Shown: piece after piece, positions 50,304 through 61,688 of the stretch
Layout of the letters: every line of letters begins with the position of its first letter
Numbering within the stretch: the first letter of the stretch is position 1
Origin: Vezdaea acicularis
Lineage: Eukaryota
Assembly (NCBI GenBank): GCA_026025075.1
Contig: JAPEUI010000096.1
Location: 1-63,532, forward strand
Length of the DNA: 63,532 nt
Direction: 5' to 3'
The notes under the pieces: model-generated
The model's database searches: none
Told to the model about the DNA's origin: nothing
What the model saw: only the letters and a program-made list of their open reading frames with translations
Made by a program: the position numbers and the translations under genes

Positions 50304-50753
50304 ACAAGAGGTGCGCTTGCTGCTGCCAACAGGCACCAATGTGACTATACTTGAGGCGGTTTCGGGGGTGAGCATGCATAATGGAATCACGTTCCATCGC
50401 TGGCAAGCCTGATATGTGTATCAGGCAGAGTTGCATTGGGGTTGATATTGCGGTATTCCTTATGATCTTAAAGTCAAAAAATCAGACACGCCCGATGTAA
50501 TGCACTGGTCAAATGATCGTGATATGCCCTACGTGCCTGTTTTCATGAGCGCCCATGAATCCATGGGTACTGGATATAGAAATTTTGGCTCGACGATTCA
50601 CGACCTGGGGTCGGGCCGTTCTAACCCCGGGTCTAATTTAGGATAACATAGCTTGGAACCATATTAGATCACACAACTCTAGATCAGGATTCCATTACAT
50701 GACCGACATTACTTGATAAAGCGTACAGAGCGGACAGTACTAGAGGCCTTGCT

Positions 50754-52935
50754 TCAGTCCCAGTTCGACATATGAATTGGGACTGGCATCGCCTGCTCCT
50801 GCGAATGCGCAAACTTGACCATGTCGCTCTCCACACGATCGGTCACGCCCTCGACCTTGACGGGCGACCTCCCCAGCCGCGTGAACGAGAACATGTGACG
50901 CGAGAGCTCGAAGCAGGAGGAGTCGGCGATGATCTCCATCATCCGGATGACCCATTTCACTTTTTCGATTTCGTGGGCTACGCTCAGGGCGAGGAAACTG
51001 TTCAGTGGAGACTTGGTGAGTTTTTTTTCGCGTTGGAATGAGAGAAGGTGTGCTTACCTCATACGCAGGGATACCATTAGAGGAATCGAGCCGACGCTGA
51101 CTTGGTGGTGCATGAGGTGGTAGTCAACGGAGCGACAGATCTCCATGATGATATCAGACATCTCTCTTACTTCGTGGGGTAGCTTCAGAGGGTTCTTCTT
51201 CTCGACGCCTCCATCATCCGGCTCGACCTCTAGCGTTGCCCATACCGCGTCGAGGCACTGGTTGAAGGAACCAATCCAGAACATTGTTCCGAAAGTGGCG
51301 TTATAGAGCAGAATGGTGTTCACGGTTTCGAGATCGGAGTAGTACAGAAGTGTAGGGAACAGGGGGTTGCCGTTTAAGTCTAGAGTGAGGCTACTCTCAG
51401 GGTCTGTAACGATCTCGAAAGCTACCGTTTCATGGCTTGATTCCCATTCACGACGCCATTGTATCAAGCGCTTCAGTAAAGTTGTGACGGTTGCTATGAG
51501 TGACTCGCGACGAGCAGTCACATCAATACCCTTTTCACGGTCTCGCTTTATTGAAAGAGAGTCTTCCATCATTCCAGGTGTATGACATAGGATGTCGACT
51601 AGACGTTCTCTTGAAGTCTTCCACTCTGGGTGCTTTTCCCAAGGTATGGTTTGCCATTCCTCTCTTTCGAGGAATGTCCTCTTTCTATTCACAATAGACT
51701 CGGTTATCTAGATAGACATTAGCAAGTTTCTAAAGGAATTCAAGCTGATGATATTACTTACAACCATGAGACGGCTTATGATGAAATATCTAGTGCACCA
51801 TGCAGTGAGATTTTTTGCATAGATTAGTCGAGCGCAGGGCACAAACATACCCGTAATCTGGATATTCCTGGTGCGCCTCCGGGCCTCGCACCTCCATTAA
51901 ACACCCGATTCCACCGGCATGCTGAGCCCAGCCCATTCGGCCCGTGTAAGCGAATAACTAAAGAGTTGAATAAGCTCAATTTAAACGGTGGAGTTTGTCC
52001 TTACCTCATAAAGGTTGAGTGCCATGGTCGCTGCTATATTCGTTGGGTCATAGCAGGTTCGAGCATCCGCAATGTTTCTGTGTAGCTGACGCAACGCTTT
52101 ACCATATAAAGCCGCTCCCTGGGCCATAATATCTCTCCTACGACCATGCATTCCTAGCACTATCAGCTACCTTACACCATAGACTCAAGTCTGCAAAGGT
52201 CATACGGCCGAAAAAAGTTGTCGCAAGACATTGCAGGGCAACATATGAAACAGTTGATGTATCTTCTGTTATGCTTGATGTAAACCAGTGCTGATATGCT
52301 TCTCCCTATTCGATTATAAGCCTCGGACGAAGTAAGCAAGAGCAAGAAGCTGACCACTTCTCCTGAGCAACCCGTGGGCATTGTATGGACAAGAAAAGTT
52401 ATGAATGTGTCCTAATGAGCGTTAACACAACATGAAATACATAGAGAGAACAAGCGAAGTTAGGTGCTGTTGCGTACAGTGGAAAGGGAAGAAAGATTTC
52501 GTAGTATCTGGAGGTCTCCATGGCTATATGTCCCCCTATTCTGAGGGGTACTTCGCTTTTGTTTCACGCGTGGTGGGCTCAAGCTGGTCGCTTTCTCATG
52601 CGTGGCTGCCTTTGATCGGCTCCGGTCTAGTAGACTGATCAGGATGATGATGAAGAGTCTTATTGGGATCTTTCACCTGCTCCAATCCATATAAGATCTC
52701 TCTTATACCCTTCGCACAGGATTCGAGCACGTTGGCATCGTTCGCAGTACGGACGAGATTCATCTACATCGAGTACTCGTCAATCAAGTAATTGTTAAAG
52801 ACATTGGCCGCACCACTAACCGCACTTGATCTTTCTACGGCGACAGGTTGCGCACCCCTTAGAGTACCCTACCGGATCAACGCTTCAGGCTGGTCGTTCG
52901 ACAAAGCCATGCCTTAATCCAAGGGACATACTCAT
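50754..52935 (-). CDS. Zn2Cys6 binuclear-cluster transcription factor, many exons
   Basis: Spliced YSKGCATCRRRKIKC-DESRPYCERCQRARILCEGY, followed by fungal TF-domain motifs WAQHAGGI...RGP, RKRTFLEREEW...PW and EICRSVDYHL. Start exon uncertain. Confidence 0.86.
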
Positions 52936-53470
52936 GATAGATATGGTTGCCTCAATAGAGCTGAGTATTAAGCACTAGTCCCCAGCATGCGCCAGTGACA
53001 GAAGTGAACCACGTTCAAGTGAGGTTAAAAGTCGAAATGTACGGCCGTTTTACCAACTTGAGATGGCCGAGCTCTGCAGCCCGAAATTTTTTCCAACAGC
53101 ATCCAGAGATTATTCAAGGTTCTTCTATTCTAATTTATAACGCGCAACGGATCTACATCAGTGGTCCGTTATGATAGCTTGCAGCGAGCATCCAGAGAAC
53201 AACCCTTTTTCCCTGTCGCAAGCAGGCATCCACAGTCAGCCACGGACGTCATCCGAACACAAGCTTTCGCCGCGCGAAACTAAGCGGGACGCCATGCGCG
53301 ATCAAGCATAGTCAATCAAAGGTTATCGATTCTCAAGACGATTTTTGTTTCATGCACGGAATGATAGATCGCGGTAGCATTGCATGGCTTTTCTATTTCT
53401 TATTATTTAGTCTAATTTTATGTGCATCATTATATTTACCCCAGCATCGCTCACAATATCCTCCGTAAAC

Positions 53471-55264
53471 TCATGGTGCTCCATTAGTGACATTTCCATA
53501 CGGTACCGCTGGATATTTTCCATTACACGCGTAGGTGTAGTTGGCGAGAGCAAGTGAGTTATTCTGTGTCCCAACGAAAGTGTTAAATTCGCACCACCCA
53601 TCCAGGCGATTGCCGCAGGCCGGGAAGCTGACACCGAGGGGCAAGGTGCGTTGATTCAGAATGAAGTGTACGTAGGTCGTTGGTGGTCCAGAAGTGTAGT
53701 TTGCCGATCTATTAGCAGGTACTGGTTGAGGGCTCTTAATAATCTCGATATCTAAGCGCGTACCAAATGGCTCGAGATGAGAGACAATAAGGCTATGCGA
53801 TGGCGGAGGCCCTGTAGGCGGTAGATACTGCTGGAACTGAGTAAGGCCAAACGCGGTAAGAATGGCCATAATGTTTGTATCATGGGAGAAGTCAAAATAA
53901 AGCGTTTGGTTGAGGGGGAAGGTTGAAGTGTTGTTGTCCAAGGTGATGTTGGCCGACGTGTTTGGAGTATTAAGCGTATGATTTTGAAGGCGGGCCATGA
54001 TTTCTTGTTGATAACCAATGCCTACCGCGCGGCCGGTTGGCGATTGGAAGCCGTTGTTTCCATTGAACTGAAGGTCAATAGAGTACTCGAACCCTTGCCA
54101 CTCTGTAAAGTTGAAGAGATTACAGAAAGCCGAATACCCGAAAGCAACGGTTTCATAAGGGCATAAGGTTTGGGCAGCATAGGTATCCGCAAGTGTCCAG
54201 TTGTAACCTTTGACGAGGCTCTTGAAGCGGTTCGTTGCGTCTGCAAGATATATACCTTCCCAGACAAGGCTTGCATTGGTTCCACCAGTGCTAACCGGAA
54301 GGTTTGAATTGTTGCACTGGAAATAGCCAGCCAAACTATCATTGTAGCCATTTTGCTCGATTATGACCTCCAGCGTAGCATTGTTGGTCCACGAAAGTCC
54401 AAAAAACCCTGCCATGAAATATTCGGCACTCTTCAACATACGGTCCTGTGTGGTTGTGCGAGCAATGATCTTTGTGCTAGGGTCGTAAAGGTGTCCATAT
54501 TGGTAGGCGTGTAAGACGCCTGAGTCAAACAGCCTGGATGCTTGTTAGCCACCCCAACCTATCATGCAAAAGTTGAAAGCAGAACTAGCACGTACTCTTG
54601 GCGACCAACCGGCACGAGGATCTCAGCTCCAAGGCCGTATTTCCAAGTGTTCAAAAACGACAATACTCCTGAAGCACTGAAGTTGCCGGTTTTCGTTGCA
54701 TTTGCGATCCGTCCACCAAACAACTCCACATTGTTGCCCGTAGTGGGATAGCGGCTGCCATGACGGTGAAGGACATGGACTTGGGATATGTTACTACCGG
54801 CGGGCAGAGGATATTCTTGAACACCAAAGCCGTCAGGATTTGGAAAATATGGGCTGACTTGACCCATCAACTGGAATATGCTCTGATTTTTGGTGTTTCC
54901 AGCAATTGGAATGGCTGTCTCCAGCGGCATATTCGGCACAAAGGAGACAGTAGGCCCAAACGGAGCTGGGTTGCTCTGCGCCAGGAATGGAGCAACACCC
55001 GTAATTGTTGGACCTAACGTTGAGTGTCAGCCTTGCAGGTGAACCAAAGAAGCGGGGGGTCTGCAAGATTATTCAAGGCAATGCCACCTCTCAAGCTGAC
55101 CGCCTGACCATGTACTTACCAGCAAATAGCTCTGGGGACGTCTGAAAGACCTGTGGAATGGGGCTGCTGCTACTGCCTGACGTGGTTGATGTTGCTTGTC
55201 GCTTCTCAAAGTATGCAGCGTTGGCATAGCCAACCGCGGCCAACACAAGCAATGGGTTCACCAT
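53471..55264 (-). CDS. Secreted histidine acid phosphatase / 3-phytase, 3 exons
   Basis: Signal peptide, catalytic RHGSRYP and HD (FDFSHDTNI) motifs, RTTTQDRMLKSAEYF, many N-glycosylation sequons. Confidence 0.94.
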
Positions 55265-55501
55265 CGTGAAACTCGAAAAGAAGTAACGTGGAATAGGCCT
55301 TAGCCTGGGCAGAACTTCTCCGGTACGATACAGAGAGTTGGTGTGGGTTGTGCAAGTCGATTGGGGTGATGCTGTCTGTCTTTAATAGGTTCACCTTGAG
55401 AGCAGTGCTCCACCCCAGGGCTACTGGCCCACCCTGGCCGTGCGCACAGCTCTCGTCCCTCAGACATAGCTCTTGATATAGCTAAGTCACCATCAAGAAT
55501 A

Positions 55502-55895
55502 CACGTGTTGAAGGTTGCGCTGTTGAGAGGGCCGGCAGGCGAGGTAGTTCGCCAGAAGTTACTACGCAATGAGCAAGTACCCCGCCTTATGCAGTTCGGT
55601 TCACAGCTATCCCAATGGAGGGGATGAGGTCATGCAGGCCAAAGCTTCGGAGGGTCGTTCCTCGTTGGGAAGCTCCCATTGGAAGCGCTGCATGCATCCA
55701 ACCGTGTACGAGAGCGGCGGAGAAAGCAGTTGCGCGTCCTAACGCAGAGGCGGGCAGCTATCCGGTAGGTACCTGCCAGGTGCAGCTAGCTTGATAGTCG
55801 TCGAGATCCAAAGCGGACGATTCGAAAAGCGTGGTGTAGGTGGCTAAATCAAGGTTGAATCCCACCAATCGTATTATGCATGCTCGCAACACGTG
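55502..55895. promoter_or_regulatory. Two CACGTG E-boxes (candidate Pho4/NUC-1 sites) upstream of the phytase
   Basis: CACGTG at 55502-55507 and 55890-55895, about 240 and 630 bp upstream of the ATG at 55264. Confidence 0.45.
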
Positions 55896-57085
55896 CGCCG
55901 AGGGCAAGAAAGATTGGGAGGCGCTTAACGCTATGTTGGTTCCCGCAAGCCACATGCATGATCAGTGCCTCTGATGACGCATAAACGACGATGGTCGTGC
56001 GAGATTCGTGAGCAGAGTGGGGATATCGGAAGCGTGCACGACAGATGGAAGCCTGCTCTATCTCCTAGCAGACATCGTCAAGTAGCTTGCGCAAGGTTTA
56101 GTGAGATGAAGAAATCGCCTGAGGGTGCGGCATAGTGGTTGAAGGGCGCGAAGACGGCCCGGAAGAGCGTTTTTCCATCCCCGATATTGGACCGTGTGCG
56201 GTTCGCAATTCACTTCTCCTTTAGGGAAGCATGACTCAAAGACGCTTTACCTTATGAATTAGCAGCAGCGGCTTATAATCAATGTTGGGTGCTCATATCC
56301 ATTCAGGACCGCGCGGATCGCATCATATGGAGACCACGGACGAAGTCTTGGCGCTGTCAGAAAAACAGCAGGCCTAGCTGAGCGGATCTCTCCAACCCTC
56401 ATTCGCACTGGATGAGTCCCGCTGATTGAATTAATACTTTGAGAGCGCGAAGTACGGAGAATCGCAACGTGAGACCATCAAGATTTCCTGCAGCCGAGGG
56501 ACCCAAAGACCACTCGAAGACGATCGGCTACGCGCCGTGCATTGAACGTCTCTCATCTTGTCTTCCACGACATTGCAAATTCGGGGAACCTTCTTATAGT
56601 GGCCTTAGCACGGCGACTGCCACGGCCTTACGGTGCCAGCCACCACGAACACTAGCGAGGAAGATGATGGCACATGAGACTGCCCCATCTGGCTCTTGAT
56701 CCAATGTATGGAGTCGACCTCATCACACACCAACAGCTTCATTTAATAGGCACAACTTCATTTTGTTACTACTCATTAGCGATACTTCTCATACAATTTC
56801 TTGCCATATATATTTTGATTCTACACTCATAGGGATACCTCTGAACGGACGAAACTGGAACTGGAAACATCAAAATTGGTCCATGGGTGGTGACTTGTGC
56901 GATTTCTTGTCACATTTACAAAAGTTTACACCCTGCAAAATGTTCGCAAGAAGTCCGTAAATGGTTGCAAGAGGCCCGTAACGCTGTCAATCCCAACGCA
57001 AAATCGTACAGATCACATGATTATCACCTGATTTGCACATTTTGCGTTGCAGTCACCAAAGTTTACGGGCTCTTTACAGTCCGTA

Positions 57086-58402
57086 CGGAGGTACAGCGGT
57101 TAAGTAAAGTAATAGCGCTAGCAAGGGCTCGCTTCCCCTAACCTAGAAGGGTATCGTGTCAGCCAATATGAAAAACCGACTTTTTCTGCCGTTAAGATAT
57201 GAGAGATGAAATGAAGCTCACACAAGCATCAATCTGTTGAGATATTGAGATATGTGAGACAAAATGGAGCCCACACAAGCAATTCCCCATCCTCCTAACA
57301 GAAAAGCTAAACATCCAGATCTTTCTAGGGATCAACGGCGTGACTGTCAGCTTTTACACCAGATAGGATGGTCTTACACTCACATACAAAGTCATACAGG
57401 CTTTACAATCCGGCAGATTCAGAAAGCTTGTGTCAATAGAGCTACGCCAACCAAACGATCAGGACGTCCACCCGCTCTCACACAAGCGCAAATTGAAGAG
57501 CTTGTTGAGTTTGTGTGCGCCAGTACAAAGAACAGACGCATGTCCTTTCAAAATCTTGCTGATGTTCTGGAATTTGGTGTTAAGAAGGATGCAATTCGAT
57601 CTGCCCTTGTGCGTGAGGGTTTTCATCGTCGACTAGCTATGCAGAAGCCCCCTATAACAGAAAAAAATCGAAAAATTCGCCTTGCGTGGGCATTAGAGCA
57701 TGTCAATTGGTCTTTGGATCAGTGGTACCAAATCCTATGGACTGATGAGACATGGATTACTGGAGGAAGACATATACGAACGTGGGTCACGCGACGGGCA
57801 GGAGAAGAGTGGAATGAGACATGTATAGTGGAAAAACATCAACGTAAAAGAGGATGGATGTTTTGGGGCAGTTTTCACGGACACACACAAGGCCCTGGGA
57901 TCTTTTGGGAGAAGGACTGGGGGTCTATTAACAAAGATACATATCAAGCTCATACAGTTCCTGTTATACATGGGTATATGGAACTTTGTCGGCAGCAAGG
58001 CATAGAGCTAACTCTTATGCAAGATGGAGCGCCAGGTCACGCAGCAGCAGATACACAAGCAGATTTAAGGGAAAGAGGTATATATATTCTTCAATGGCCT
58101 CCATTTTCACCAGATTTAAACCCTATTGAGAGGATTTGGCATATTATGAAGAATTATCTACAGGACAACTATCCGGAAATCATGTCATATGATCAATTAA
58201 GAGCAGCAGTCAAAAGTGCTTGGGAGAATGTTGGGGAGTTTGAATTCAAAGCTCTAATAGAGAGTATGCCTAGCAGATGTCAAGCAGTCATAGATGCACA
58301 GGGTAGATTCACGAAATACTAGTTATGGACGCGATACCCTTCTAGGTTAGGGGAAGCGAGCCCTTGCTAGCGCTATTACTTTACTTAACCGCTGTACCTC
58401 CG
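57086..58402 (+). mobile_element. Intact Tc1-like (DD34E) transposon, 1317 bp, 75-bp TIRs, TA target duplication
   Basis: TIRs 57086-57160 and 58328-58402 differ at one position; TA at 57084-57085 and 58403-58404. Confidence 0.95.
57264..58322 (+). CDS. Tc1-family DD34E transposase, 352 aa, uninterrupted
   Basis: HTH region with SGRP, ILWTDE, QDGAPGH, and 34 residues from that D to the E of WPPFSPDLNPIE. Confidence 0.96.
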   Translation: MEPTQAIPHPPNRKAKHPDLSRDQRRDCQLLHQIGWSYTHIQSHTGFTIRQIQKACVNRATPTKRSGRPPALTQAQIEELVEFVCASTKNRRMSFQNLADVLEFGVKKDAIRSALVREGFHRRLAMQKPPITEKNRKIRLAWALEHVNWSLDQWYQILWTDETWITGGRHIRTWVTRRAGEEWNETCIVEKHQRKRGWMFWGSFHGHTQGPGIFWEKDWGSINKDTYQAHTVPVIHGYMELCRQQGIELTLMQDGAPGHAAADTQADLRERGIYILQWPPFSPDLNPIERIWHIMKNYLQDNYPEIMSYDQLRAAVKSAWENVGEFEFKALIESMPSRCQAVIDAQGRFTKY

Positions 58403-59599
58403 TAAAGTGTCCGTAACCACCTCCGTAACAAGCCCGCAACGGACTTAACCCCAACGCGAAATCGCACAAATCACATACTCCTCACATGACCTATAGAATT
58501 TCCTGCCACGCTCACAAAAGTTTACGGACCGTAAGGACCGAAACTAGTCTTCTCTCCGGGCGGAAGGATCTCAAGGTCTGCTGCATATGCTTCCCTTCGT
58601 CGCAGAACAGCCAGGCCGCCGAGCCAGGCCAGGCAAGTTCGGCAATGATCCGGCCTTTTAGCACATCTCCGCAGTCCAATACGGACTTGAGCGTATGCCC
58701 TACAAGTGGCGACTAGACGCGGAAACCCTCCCAATATGATGTTGCAGATGTGGCGGCGTTTTTGCTTCAGCATCTGGAATCGCATTCGTCGTAATTCGCC
58801 CTGGCCAATCTCCAAACACATCTTGCGAGTAAGGCTGGCATACGAGCTCGGATGTATGACTATCTTCAACAAAGTTGCACACGCCGCAGTCAGTAAGTAG
58901 TTTCCGACCGAGCCAGTTATCGGACCATCATCTGAACTTCCAGCTGGTAGCAGGCCGTTGGTTGCATCCACTGACAATAGTCTAGGTTATCTAATCGACA
59001 AGAATTGACCTCAAATACGGCCAGAGTACGACATTGGGGTGCATTGGATCACCCATCATCAAATAGGGTCGGTCAGATAAGCTTGCGGCCACACCCGTCC
59101 CGAAAGAGGCTAAAGATAGCGTAAAGCGGGGTCGCGCGGAGCCAACGGCGCACAACAAGGGGATTCCATGGAAATCAATGCAACACCGCATGAGGGGGCA
59201 TGAACAGCTCTTCGATGAATGCGCCGAACAAGCTTTCAGGCTTCAGGGCACTGCATCAAGCAGCAGGTTTTCCCTTGCTATACGCTGCAGGGGATTACAC
59301 AATGAGGTGGCGGAGCGCCAGGTCCTGATGCGAGGAGTTCCGAGTTGAGGTGCGGCCGCCTCGTAATTTGTATGGCTGGACCACGTGAGGGTCTGCGAAT
59401 GAAGCTGCTACAACGACTGGCCTTCCCCTCACCTGTTCTTTTCATCTCTCGATCGTCCCATTTCCTGTTCTACCCGTCTCTCGTTTTGAGATCGTTATAG
59501 CCCAGCATACACTGCTACCCTCGTTCGTTGACATACAGAGCCTAATTCCAACCGCCTACTCTTGTTGACTAGAGAGACACACACACTCGCTCAATCGAA

Positions 59600-60335
59600 A
59601 TGCATTCGTTCATCCTGCCCGCGATCGTGACGGCAGCGTCTTTCTTGCTTCAAGGTGTCCAGGCGGACACATATCCCGGCTTGCCTGCCTGTGCGGTGAG
59701 AACTTCCACATGCGCCTAGAGCTGTACCCACGTCCATGGACCAGCAAAAGCTAACACCTTGATATAGCAAACCTGCGCCGTCGGACCCATCCAGAGCAAA
59801 TGCGGGGCTCTCACGCGTGATTTCTGCACGTGCTTCGAGTCCGGCCTCCCACTCATCATCCAATGTATCAGTTCCGCCTGCAGCTGCAGCGACTCCACGA
59901 GTACGTTCGCCATCGTCCACATATACTGCCCAGAAGAGCCCCCCCTTCTAATGAAAGGCCCAAAACTAACCTCCTCATCCACGTCTAGTCGCCGTCGGCG
60001 TCTTCCAGACCGTGTGTGCCCCACAGGGCCTACCTGTCTACGGCGTCCCCTGCACCACTTCTTCGTCCAATAGCTCGTCCACGCCAATCACACCTACTCC
60101 CCCATTCGGCGGCGGGAACGCTACTGTAGTCCTCCCGAGCGGGAGTGGCGTTGGAGGTGCCGGGGGTGCGGGAGGGAAAACCACGAGCACGCCGGCAAAG
60201 GGATCACCGACTGCCTCGCCCACGGGCCCGTCGACTGCCTCGCCATCTCCGTTCAAGGGCGCTGCCGCTGCTGTTGTGCAGGCTGGTTGGTTCGCTGGCG
60301 TTGTAGCCGCGGCGGGCTTTGTTGCGGGGTTGTAG
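59600..60335 (+). CDS. CFEM-domain GPI-anchored cell-surface protein, 3 exons
   Basis: Signal peptide, spliced LPACAQTC...C...DFCTC...QCISSAC...VC cysteine pattern, Ser/Thr/Pro stalk and a GPI signal (FKGAAAAV...AGL). Confidence 0.85.
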
Positions 60336-60557
60336 ACCTTTACGGGGAATGCGGCTTGGCTATCAAAGAAGCTAGTGGAGAACACTTCATCACGAAAAGG
60401 GAAAAAGGGGAGGGGGGAGGGGCTTTTGGTCCAGGGGGATGAAGCGCTCGTATTAGGGCGAAGTTAATAGTAATACCAACCAAACAGATCCCATACCCAC
60501 TCACAAATCCCAGCCCAAAAATAAATAAGCCTATCCCAACTTTTCCCCCATCCCCCT

Positions 60558-61688
60558 CTACCCCCTGACCAACTCCCCCCACTCGTCCACCCCCACAATC
60601 CTGCCCCCTTTCCCCTCTGCCTCCCACACCACCCCGTCCACACTTCCACAACAAGCTTCACCCGCATACGTTCCATTACACGGACACCTCCTGGCCTCCC
60701 TCCTATCCACCACCTCATCCCTACGACGCAGCCCACCCCCCAGCACCGACTGATGCTGCGCGGCACAACTCCCCAGTGCAAAGAACAGACCCGCACTGAT
60801 CTCCTTAACAACGCAGTCAAGACGCGGACACCACTCCCGCCGCCTTTGCGTCGCTGAAGTCTGGTCCTCCCCGAACGTGACATCCGCCCTACTAACCCCC
60901 CTTCCGCCCCCGCCATCTCCGCCAGGCACATCCGCGCGCACACCCGCTTGCCGGCCCCAGCCCGCCGTCGAGGGAGGGGGACAGGGGTTATCATGCGAAC
61001 ACGTCTGTCCTTCCTGAGGACAACGTCTGGAATAAATCGTCGCCATCCCCGCCATCATGAGCGCCGCGCTGCCCCCCTGCGACGCCGCCGAGGTATCCCC
61101 CGGGAGCAAAAAGGCCGACTCGGCGGAACCCTGGGAGCGGAGAGAAGATTTGAGGCGGGACCAGAGAGAAGGTTTTCGTGGTTTCTTGCGGCGGGGGTCG
61201 AGGCGGTCGACGTCGAGGGGGCAGATGCAGCGGTCCCGACAGTATTGCGATTGGCCGAGGGTGAGGCGGATGGAGGGGGGACTGGGGGTGCAGACTAGGC
61301 CGTCGCGGTGGTGGCATTGGCAGGAGAAATGGGGGGGGATGGCTAGAGAGGAGGTGGAGGCGGAAGAGGAGGAGGAGGAGGAGGACCAGCCGCCGGAGGA
61401 CTGGCCGAGGGCTTGGCTGCCGTCGATGAAGTGCGCGTCTTGGCCGAGGACGGAGAAGGGCGTGTCGGCGCTGCCGGTGCAGAGGGTGTAGAGAGGGTTG
61501 GGGAAGGCGGCGTAGTCTGCTGGAGTGAAGCCGGCGGGGAGGGTCGGTGGGAGAGGGCCGGTGCAGGAGAAGGGGGCGGTGTAGGCGCGGGGGCGGAGGT
61601 TGGTGGCGGTTGTGGTGAGAGGGAGGAGGGTGATGAGAGGGAGGAGGAGGAGGTTGAGGTGGGCGAGGAAGAGGAGGAGAGCGTACAT
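60558..61688 (-). CDS. Secreted multi-module Cys-rich protein of unknown function, 376 aa, intronless
   Basis: Hydrophobic signal peptide and three Cys clusters (ending YCRDRCIC; CPQEGQTC...WCPRLDC...SC; CPCNGTYAGEACC) separated by basic sites. Confidence 0.8.
   Translation of the reverse strand: MYALLLFLAHLNLLLLPLITLLPLTTTATNLRPRAYTAPFSCTGPLPPTLPAGFTPADYAAFPNPLYTLCTGSADTPFSVLGQDAHFIDGSQALGQSSGGWSSSSSSSSASTSSLAIPPHFSCQCHHRDGLVCTPSPPSIRLTLGQSQYCRDRCICPLDVDRLDPRRKKPRKPSLWSRLKSSLRSQGSAESAFLLPGDTSAASQGGSAALMMAGMATIYSRRCPQEGQTCSHDNPCPPPSTAGWGRQAGVRADVPGGDGGGGRGVSRADVTFGEDQTSATQRRREWCPRLDCVVKEISAGLFFALGSCAAQHQSVLGGGLRRRDEVVDRREARRCPCNGTYAGEACCGSVDGVVWEAEGKGGRIVGVDEWGELVRG

Larger units (their letters stand above)
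56890..58525. repeat. Degenerate tandem array of ~139-bp units with terminal inverted repeats, interrupted by the Tc1 element
   Basis: Units start at 56890, 57028 and 58486, each running TGAY...AAAGTTTAC. Ends CCCAACGCAAAATCGTACAGATCAC (56992-57016) and CCCAACGCGAAATCGCACAAATCAC (58450-58474) are direct repeats of each other and roughly inverted to the unit starts. Confidence 0.72.

Noticed and set aside
56890..58525. CRISPR-like interpretation of the spaced repeats
   Set aside because: Eukaryotic context, degenerate units whose internal parts also resemble each other, and no cas genes.
58522..59191. 151-aa and shorter ORFs right of the Tc1 element
   Set aside because: No motif recognised in the frames examined; neither a gene nor a pseudogene call can be supported.
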